Positions 57,455 to 64,000 of a DNA stretch of 64,000 nucleotides are shown in pieces; position 1 is the stretch's first letter; every line of letters begins with the position of its first letter. A program made the translations under genes and the position numbers. Below the pieces are notes generated by a model. That model did not search any database. It saw only the letters and a program-made list of their open reading frames with translations, and was not told the origin of the DNA. The stretch comes from Candidatus Latescibacterota bacterium (GTDB lineage Bacteria > Latescibacterota > UBA2968 > SICM01), in contig CBDCJO010000002.1 of NCBI GenBank assembly GCA_965217865.1, positions 4,672,001 to 4,736,000 of the forward strand, read 5' to 3'.

Positions 57455-60274
57455 GTGTCTATCCTTGACGAATTTGTCTCTATCCATCTGGAGCCTTCTG
57501 AAACGGACTGCAACGGTGAACTCCCATCGGTCGAGGCCGTGGTCGTGGCGTCGGGGAAGCTGAAGAATCGGTTTGAGGATCCGCGCCTATCCAAACGCCG
57601 GGGGGGAGGTCGATGCGTGGGACCCGCGGAGGTCCTCCGTACCTTGGCCCAGTTCACCCAGGATCGTCCCCTTATTGTATTCGATCCCCAGTCTGTACGA
57701 AATCTTCTCAACCCCCACCTGCCGACCCCCTTCAACGCCGGGATGCACAGTCTGAGGGACCTTTCAAGAGCGGCCCTCCCGAGATTAATGGATCATCGAC
57801 TATCGACGTTACTCGAATTTTTCGATATCCACGTTGATAACCGCGCAGAGGGGGTATCCCTGGCCTATCAGGCGGTATTGGATAGGCTGAGGTCAAGAGA
57901 TTTTTCTCTTCTGGAACGCATGCTTTCATTAATTTCCGGGACGCGATCGGATCTGATTCCAATATTTGCTTCCCTCGCGAGCGAAGGTGTGGGAGAGGTC
58001 CTCAAAAGAAAAATTGGTAAGGACTTTACAAGAAACACGTTCACGGCAACAGGATCCACCGCGTCCCTGTCCACTCGGGGGGGCGTGGATGGAGGCCGCA
58101 CCCTTGACGTCGGTGAAATTCGCTTGACCTTCGAAGATGACGGCCCCCTTCGGAGGGCGATTCAGGGTTATGAGATCCGGCCTCAGCAGATCGATATGGC
58201 TGTCGCCGTCGCAGAGGCGTTTAATCAAGGTGAAATCCTGGTGGCGGAAGCGGGAACGGGCGTCGGTAAATCCATGGCCTACATCGTCCCGGCCATAAAT
58301 TTCGCCGTGTCAACCCAAAACCGGGTCGTGATGTCAACGAACACAAAAAACCTCCAGGAACAGCTGTTCTTCAAGGATCTTCCACAACTCGCTGATATTT
58401 TAAACATCCCGTTTCGGTACGCTTTGTTGAAAGGACGATCCAATTATCTCTGCCGGAACCGATGGGACCAGGCAACCGGACATTTGCAATCCGCTTTCTC
58501 CGAAGAGGAACGGATCGCTGCCTTGCCCCTTGTCCTATGGTCGTCGGAAACCGAAACAGGAGACATCTCCGAAAACACAGGCTTCGATCCGAAAGAAGCA
58601 CCCGGGTTATGGGCGAAGGTCTGCTCGGACGCGGCCGCGTGCAGAAGCCAACGCTGCCGGTCCAACGGCCTCTGCTTCGCGAACAACGCAAGGCGCGCCG
58701 CGGCCTCCGCCCATATAATCGTTGTCAACCACGCGCTCCTCTTCTCGGACCTCGCGGCCGATAATTCCCTCCTGGGGGACTATCGTCACCTTATCGTAGA
58801 CGAAGCCCACAACGTAGAAAGGGTCGCTGCACAATATCTGGGTCGCGAACTGACGGTCTGGCGGGTGAGAAATCTTACGTCTCGGCTGAGCTCCCACGAG
58901 CCGACATCCACAGGATCCTTTCCCTCCCTCTTACACTGGCTCCGGGCTTCCGGGCTGGAGGCATCCGTTATTAATTCTTTCGAAGCGGGAGTCGAATCGG
59001 CGATCAAACGTTCAGATGCGCTATGGGAGACGGCGACCCGATTCTTTCGGGCGTTGTCAGAATCCCGATCCGAATTCTCCGGGGGAAATAATGAGTATAT
59101 GACCAAAGTCCGCTATAAAAATTCGGACCTGATGTTCGATCCGGTCGTGGAGGAACTCTCGGACTTTCGAGGGGAAGGGGTTCGTCTTTCGGATGAGATC
59201 CGGAAGCTGGTCGATTGGATGCGCGACCTTCCAGTACATGCATTTCCAAATCAGGATGAGGTGTTCCACGATCTAGAAGGCCGTTTTTTCGATTGTGGAG
59301 AACTCGTGGAGGACATCGACGCCCTTACAGAACCGGAGGATGAAGGACAGGTCTACTGGCTGGAAATCCCATCGCGAGACGGCAGTATCGACGTTCGGAT
59401 CCGTTCGGCTCCTCTGGATATCTCGGACCATCTGGTGACAACCCTTTACGCACACGTGGAAACCCTCCTGTTCACATCCGCCACCATCGCCATAGGCGAT
59501 CGGTTGGATTATTTCCTTCACCGCCATGGCCTGGATCGCCTGCCGGAGGGACGGGTGGGAACGCTGTGTGTTGATTCACCGTTCGAATATGACCGCCAGG
59601 CCCTCGTTTGCATCCCTTCGTTTGTCCCGTCTCCCAAATTCACGGAATTCGGCGACGTTGTGGCAGAACTCCTCAATCACCTGGTCACCCTTGTTGGGCG
59701 AGGCACCCTTGCTCTGTTTACATCCTATGGAATGCTGAATAAAGCTTATAAAAGGTTGAAAGATCCCTTTCAGACCAGGGATATCCTTCTCCTCGGGCAG
59801 GGAATTGACGGTCCGAGATCGGCAATCACCGAGCAGTTTAAACGGAACACAAGGTCCGTCCTTTTCGGGACCGACAGTTTTTGGGAAGGGATCGATGTGC
59901 CCGGGCAGGCCCTGGAAATCCTGGTTATCGTGCGGCTCCCGTTTGCCGTCCCCTCCGAGCCTCTGGTTTCCGCGCAGATGGAAACTTTGGAGAAAGCGGG
60001 TAAAGATCCATTCCTCCACTATTCGGTCCCCGAAGCCGTCCTGAAGTTCCGACAGGGGTTCGGCCGGCTTATTCGAAACCGGGTCGATCGAGGTGTTATG
60101 GTTGTCCTGGATAGCCGAGTTTTGAAAACAAGCTATGGGTGGGCGTTCCTGAAGTCCATTCCTGCACCTTATCGAACCTACAAGACAACGGAAGGCATGG
60201 TCGGAGAGATCAAACAATGGTTCAAGAATGCTCAGGAGCGAAAGATGGGGAATAAAACCGAAATGAGGGCGTGA
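57455..60274 (+). CDS. dinG: DinG-family ATP-dependent helicase with a degenerate N-terminal exonuclease-like domain
   Basis: RPQQ, EAGTGVGKS, KGRSNYLC, Cys cluster, DEAH, LFTSAT, SFWEGIDVPG, RLPF, QGFGRLIR. Confidence 0.88.
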   Translation: MSILDEFVSIHLEPSETDCNGELPSVEAVVVASGKLKNRFEDPRLSKRRGGGRCVGPAEVLRTLAQFTQDRPLIVFDPQSVRNLLNPHLPTPFNAGMHSLRDLSRAALPRLMDHRLSTLLEFFDIHVDNRAEGVSLAYQAVLDRLRSRDFSLLERMLSLISGTRSDLIPIFASLASEGVGEVLKRKIGKDFTRNTFTATGSTASLSTRGGVDGGRTLDVGEIRLTFEDDGPLRRAIQGYEIRPQQIDMAVAVAEAFNQGEILVAEAGTGVGKSMAYIVPAINFAVSTQNRVVMSTNTKNLQEQLFFKDLPQLADILNIPFRYALLKGRSNYLCRNRWDQATGHLQSAFSEEERIAALPLVLWSSETETGDISENTGFDPKEAPGLWAKVCSDAAACRSQRCRSNGLCFANNARRAAASAHIIVVNHALLFSDLAADNSLLGDYRHLIVDEAHNVERVAAQYLGRELTVWRVRNLTSRLSSHEPTSTGSFPSLLHWLRASGLEASVINSFEAGVESAIKRSDALWETATRFFRALSESRSEFSGGNNEYMTKVRYKNSDLMFDPVVEELSDFRGEGVRLSDEIRKLVDWMRDLPVHAFPNQDEVFHDLEGRFFDCGELVEDIDALTEPEDEGQVYWLEIPSRDGSIDVRIRSAPLDISDHLVTTLYAHVETLLFTSATIAIGDRLDYFLHRHGLDRLPEGRVGTLCVDSPFEYDRQALVCIPSFVPSPKFTEFGDVVAELLNHLVTLVGRGTLALFTSYGMLNKAYKRLKDPFQTRDILLLGQGIDGPRSAITEQFKRNTRSVLFGTDSFWEGIDVPGQALEILVIVRLPFAVPSEPLVSAQMETLEKAGKDPFLHYSVPEAVLKFRQGFGRLIRNRVDRGVMVVLDSRVLKTSYGWAFLKSIPAPYRTYKTTEGMVGEIKQWFKNAQERKMGNKTEMRA

Positions 60275-60278
60275 GTCC

Positions 60279-61541
60279 ATGCTTGTCCATCGTTATATTC
60301 TGCGAGAACACCTCTCTCCTTATCTCCTCGCCCTGGCTGCGATTCTTTTCCTCCTGTTCGTGAACCTGATCCTCGAATTAGTGGATCAGATAATCGGCAA
60401 AGGGGTTCCTGGAGGAGCGGCCCTGGAGGTTTTCATGTTAAATCTCGCATGGATGGTTGCCCTCGCTGTTCCGATGGCCGTGTTGGTGGCGGTTTTAATG
60501 GCCTTTGGGAGGTTATCCGGGGATGGTGAGATCTCCGCCATCAAATCGGCGGGAATCAGCCTCCACCGAGCCGCATGGCCTGTCCTCCTTTGCGGCGTTG
60601 TCCTTTCGATTGCTGTGGCGTTGTTCAACGATCTGATTCTCCCAGACGCCAACCACCGGGCTCGAATGCTGATGGATGACATCCGGCGGAAGAAACCTGC
60701 CGTGGCCTTCGCCGACAAGCCCGGCCTGGTCATCGACGACTTCGATTCCTACCGGATCCTGGTTGGCTCGATCGATCCCCATGACCAATCCATGGAGGAT
60801 ATCATAATTTACAAACAATTGCCTGGCGAGTTTCCCACCGCGATTCTTGCGGCCCGGGGGGAGATATCACTAACGTATGATCAGAAGGATATGGTTCTCA
60901 TGCTCTATGAAGGGGAAGTGCACGCAGTGGATAGCCAGGATCCATCCAGTTATATAAGGACCTTTTTCGATCGACAGTTGATTCGGCTTGGAGATTCCGG
61001 CCGACACCTTTTACGAACCGCTCAAGATACGCGCGGGGATCGCGAAATGTCAGTCGCCGCGATGCGGTCCCGGGCGTCATCCCACGCGGCAGAAGCTCGT
61101 CGGATCGAGAAAAAGGTGGCGGATGTATTTGAGGCGTTCGTACGTGGTAATCTTCTGAGCGGAAGCCAATATCCCCACGGTTCACTGAAGGACTTAAAAA
61201 AGACCGTCGGGCAGATTCGAAGCGAGTTGATGGTCCATCGGTATCGGGAGCGGGCGGTCAATCGATATCTGGTCGAAATCCATAAGAAATTCGCCATTCC
61301 GGTTGCCTGTATCGTTTTCATCTTCGTCGGATTCCCGTTGGGAATCCGACTCAAGACGGATGGCGCTGCGAGAGGAGGTGCGGCCAGCATCGGTTTCTTT
61401 CTTGTTTATTGGCTGTGTCTGATCGGAGGGGAGAAACTGGCAGACAGGGGTTATCTTTCACCCGGGATCTCGATGTGGGCTGCCAACATCCTGATCGGCT
61501 TTGTCGGTGGATACCTGACATGGCGGGTTTTGAAGACATAG
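60279..61541 (+). CDS. lptF: LptF/LptG family LPS export permease
   Basis: AFGRLSGDGEISAIKSAGIS, EIHKKFAIP, MWAANI. Confidence 0.85.
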   Translation: MLVHRYILREHLSPYLLALAAILFLLFVNLILELVDQIIGKGVPGGAALEVFMLNLAWMVALAVPMAVLVAVLMAFGRLSGDGEISAIKSAGISLHRAAWPVLLCGVVLSIAVALFNDLILPDANHRARMLMDDIRRKKPAVAFADKPGLVIDDFDSYRILVGSIDPHDQSMEDIIIYKQLPGEFPTAILAARGEISLTYDQKDMVLMLYEGEVHAVDSQDPSSYIRTFFDRQLIRLGDSGRHLLRTAQDTRGDREMSVAAMRSRASSHAAEARRIEKKVADVFEAFVRGNLLSGSQYPHGSLKDLKKTVGQIRSELMVHRYRERAVNRYLVEIHKKFAIPVACIVFIFVGFPLGIRLKTDGAARGGAASIGFFLVYWLCLIGGEKLADRGYLSPGISMWAANILIGFVGGYLTWRVLKT

Positions 61542-61669
61542 GATTATGCCCGTTGAATCTGTTTGAGACAGGAGAGCGTGGGAAGGGAGGTAAGTCGCTT
61601 TCAGTTACTTTTCTGAATTTCCTGAACCTTTGTTCCGATTGAAACCCTCCAGCTTCGGGTCTTTCTCCC

Positions 61670-61698
61670 TTGACAGCTTTTGGGATAGACCGTAAATT
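61670..61698 (+). promoter_or_regulatory. Putative sigma70 promoter for hpf-hprK
   Basis: TTGACA-N17-TAAATT. Confidence 0.6.
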
Positions 61699-61770
61699 AA
61701 TTCGGCCTTTACCTATCTTAGGATTTGTTATAAAGTTGAGATCGATTCTATATTCATCGGTGAGGTGACC

Positions 61771-62076
61771 ATGAACATACAAGTAACCGGTCGGAATTTT
61801 GCGGTTTCGGACAACCTCCGTCTGTATATCGATAAAGAGGCCGCAAAATTAGAGAAATTCTTCGACCGAATCATCGATCTCCAGGCTTTTGTGACGTCCG
61901 AGAAGCGGGTGCGAAACGTTGAGATCATCGTCAATGTACAAGGGCACACCTTGAAAGCAACCTGCGAAGCCAGAAGCGTTTACCAGGCCGTGGAAGGGGC
62001 GATGGACCGGGTTAAGGTACAACTCAAGAAGCTCCACGATAAGATCAGAAAACCGCGACATGTGACCTCAGAATAG
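61771..62076 (+). CDS. hpf: Ribosome hibernation factor (short HPF/RaiA)
   Basis: MNIQVTGRNF...KLEKFFD...QLKKLHDK. Confidence 0.9.
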   Translation: MNIQVTGRNFAVSDNLRLYIDKEAAKLEKFFDRIIDLQAFVTSEKRVRNVEIIVNVQGHTLKATCEARSVYQAVEGAMDRVKVQLKKLHDKIRKPRHVTSE

Positions 62077-62086
62077 GAGATCAAGA

Positions 62087-63061
62087 ATGCGCAGCATGTC
62101 GATCGGACAATGGGTCGCGGGGGTTGGGGGAAAGCTGGGCATGGAGTTGCGGGCAGGAAAGAACGGGCTAGACCGCCGGATCACATCGAGCGAGATTCAC
62201 AGGCCGGGTCTCGCCCTGATGGGTTTCGTCGGGATATTCACCTTTGATCGGGTCCAGGTTTTGGGCAACACCGAGATGCTTTATTTGAACGAACTTTCTG
62301 AAGAAGAATGCCGTGGGGCCCTGGATATCATCTATCAATTCGACCTTCCGTGTGTTGTCGTCACCGACGACAATCCGGTGTCCCCCATCCTGATTGAACT
62401 TGCGGACCAGAAGAACATTCCCCTTTTACAAACCAATTTTTCAACGACGAAATTCGCCCATCTGTTTGCGCTTTACGTGGACGATGTCTTCGCACCCCGT
62501 ACGACCCTTCACGGATCACTGGTGGACGTTTATGGAATGGGGTTGCTGTTTATCGGCAGGAGTGCGATCGGAAAGAGTGAGGTGGCCCTCGATCTGGTAG
62601 AGCGGGGTCACCGGCTAGTTGCAGACGATGTGGTGATTATCTCCAGGAAGATGCAGGGATTTCTCGTCGGGACGGGCCCGGAGATTCTACAAAATCACAT
62701 GGAGATCCGGGGGCTCGGTATTCTGGATATGCGGAATATGTTTGGAATCAGAGCCGTTCGGGTCCAAAAGCGGATCGAGACGGTTGTGAAGCTCGTCGAA
62801 TGGGACGACTCGCTCGACTATGAGCGAACGGGTCTCGAGGGTCATTATGTATCGATCCTTGAGGTGGAAATCCCGCTTGTCACAGTGCCGATTAACCCGG
62901 GAAAAAACATCACGGTTATCGCAGAGGCGATCGCCCTAAACCACCAGCTCAAGATACACGGACACTATATGGCCAAGGAATTCAACAAAAAACAGATGGC
63001 GTTCATAAAAGAAAAGAAAAATCGGTCTTCAGACAAGAATGTGGGGCTGGATGTGGAATGA
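62087..63061 (+). CDS. hprK: HPr kinase/phosphorylase
   Basis: HRPGLAL, HGSLVDVYG, GRSAIGKSE, GHRLVADD, EIRGLGI. Confidence 0.95.
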   Translation: MRSMSIGQWVAGVGGKLGMELRAGKNGLDRRITSSEIHRPGLALMGFVGIFTFDRVQVLGNTEMLYLNELSEEECRGALDIIYQFDLPCVVVTDDNPVSPILIELADQKNIPLLQTNFSTTKFAHLFALYVDDVFAPRTTLHGSLVDVYGMGLLFIGRSAIGKSEVALDLVERGHRLVADDVVIISRKMQGFLVGTGPEILQNHMEIRGLGILDMRNMFGIRAVRVQKRIETVVKLVEWDDSLDYERTGLEGHYVSILEVEIPLVTVPINPGKNITVIAEAIALNHQLKIHGHYMAKEFNKKQMAFIKEKKNRSSDKNVGLDVE

Positions 63062-63150
63062 CGATTTCACGACGCGTGCCAAATGGGTTCTATGGATCGG
63101 GGGGGGGGCAATTAAATGAACGGTTGCGAAATCCGGAGAAAGGCGGGGAG

Positions 63151-64000
63151 ATGAGGTATTTCGGGGTCTTATTCAGACTTGCGTTGTTGCTTCTTTTAGT
63201 GGTCGGGTGCGGAAAGGGTAAGGATGAGGGGGAAATGGAGCGCTTGCTTTTCAAGGCAGGATACCTGGAAGACAATCCAGATTCTCTGAGTCAAGCCATC
63301 ACGACATACCGTCTGGTTGAAAAGCAATTCCCGAGTGTCCCGGAAGCGGAGCGCGCGGCCGAACGGGCTGAAAAGCTTTCCGTAGTTGAAGAGATCTACC
63401 GAGCAACAGGAGAGACGGTCCAGGGGGATTCGGCTGTGATAAAGCTGTGCCGTCAGGTACTTTCGATTACGCCGGACTACCGTCCGGCAATCCGTCGCCT
63501 TGGAGTCGTGTATCACAAGCAGATCGATTTTATCGGCCAACTGGCTGCAAGCCCCATCTGGCATCAGGAATCTACGATGCATCAGGCATATTCGATCTGG
63601 AAGGAGCAGGATAAACTCTGGTCGGACTACGAATTTCTTCCAAGACCCCACGACCGAGAATGGGGAGATCGTCTGTGTCGCGCGTCGCTGATTGTTGCGA
63701 ACATGTTGGGCCGGTATGACCGTTATGCGGAAGCGGTGGAGACAGTCGAGCGGGGTCTGTATTACGTCGAGACCGATGAATCTAAAGCGGAGGCCACCGT
63801 CTGGGCCGCCTATTACAATTTCTGGCTGAGGCGGTTCGACGAGACCATCCGGCTTGCTCAGGAGGCCCTGGATTCGGACCTGTTAATAAAAAAAGATAGG
63901 GGAAGGGCCTACCACGCTTTGGGTATGGGTTATGCCTACCTATTTCAGGACTCTAAGGACCTGTTGCATCTCGAGAGATCGATCAAGAGCCTTAACGAAT
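63151..64000 (+). CDS. TPR-containing lipoprotein, 3' end runs off the window
   Basis: MRYFGVLFRLALLLLLVVG-C lipobox; AITTYRLVEKQFP and RAYHALGMGY TPR-like helices; no in-frame stop seen. Confidence 0.7.
   Translation, partial: MRYFGVLFRLALLLLLVVGCGKGKDEGEMERLLFKAGYLEDNPDSLSQAITTYRLVEKQFPSVPEAERAAERAEKLSVVEEIYRATGETVQGDSAVIKLCRQVLSITPDYRPAIRRLGVVYHKQIDFIGQLAASPIWHQESTMHQAYSIWKEQDKLWSDYEFLPRPHDREWGDRLCRASLIVANMLGRYDRYAEAVETVERGLYYVETDESKAEATVWAAYYNFWLRRFDETIRLAQEALDSDLLIKKDRGRAYHALGMGYAYLFQDSKDLLHLERSIKSLNE

Overview
Bacterial chromosomal window from a diderm organism. GWxTD, NHL/choice-of-anchor-D, TPR, sulfatase, LptF and HprK proteins suggest an FCB/Latescibacterota-like lineage; this is inference only. 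Housekeeping genes include tRNA-Val(UAC), queG, miaB, lipA, a MetE-like synthase, a fused IorAB, gdh, a Na/Pi symporter with a PhoU-domain gene, fliM, split transketolase-rpiB-nrdR-nrdJ, dinG, lptF, hpf and hprK. There are also two near-identical, oppositely oriented 1526-bp IS1182-like elements, each with its own 4-bp target duplication, a putative sulfated-substrate catabolic cluster, and several frameshifted or deleted genes. Highlights: (1) an apparent rsmI - divergent tgt paralog - ArmA/Rmt/Sgm-type 16S m7G1405 methyltransferase operon, in which the TGT base-binding loop is GGWPI instead of GGLAV; (2) tandem NrdR-box-like pairs upstream of nrdR-nrdJ and also upstream of the transketolase-rpiB genes; (3) an 1100-aa TPR-GWxTD-FGE-like fusion behind a structured leader with a terminator-like hairpin; (4) a small ORF whose probable true C-terminus (GLGHNLDVRA) is out of frame across a C10 tract. 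All calls are by eye from the sequence and ORF track; no searches were run.
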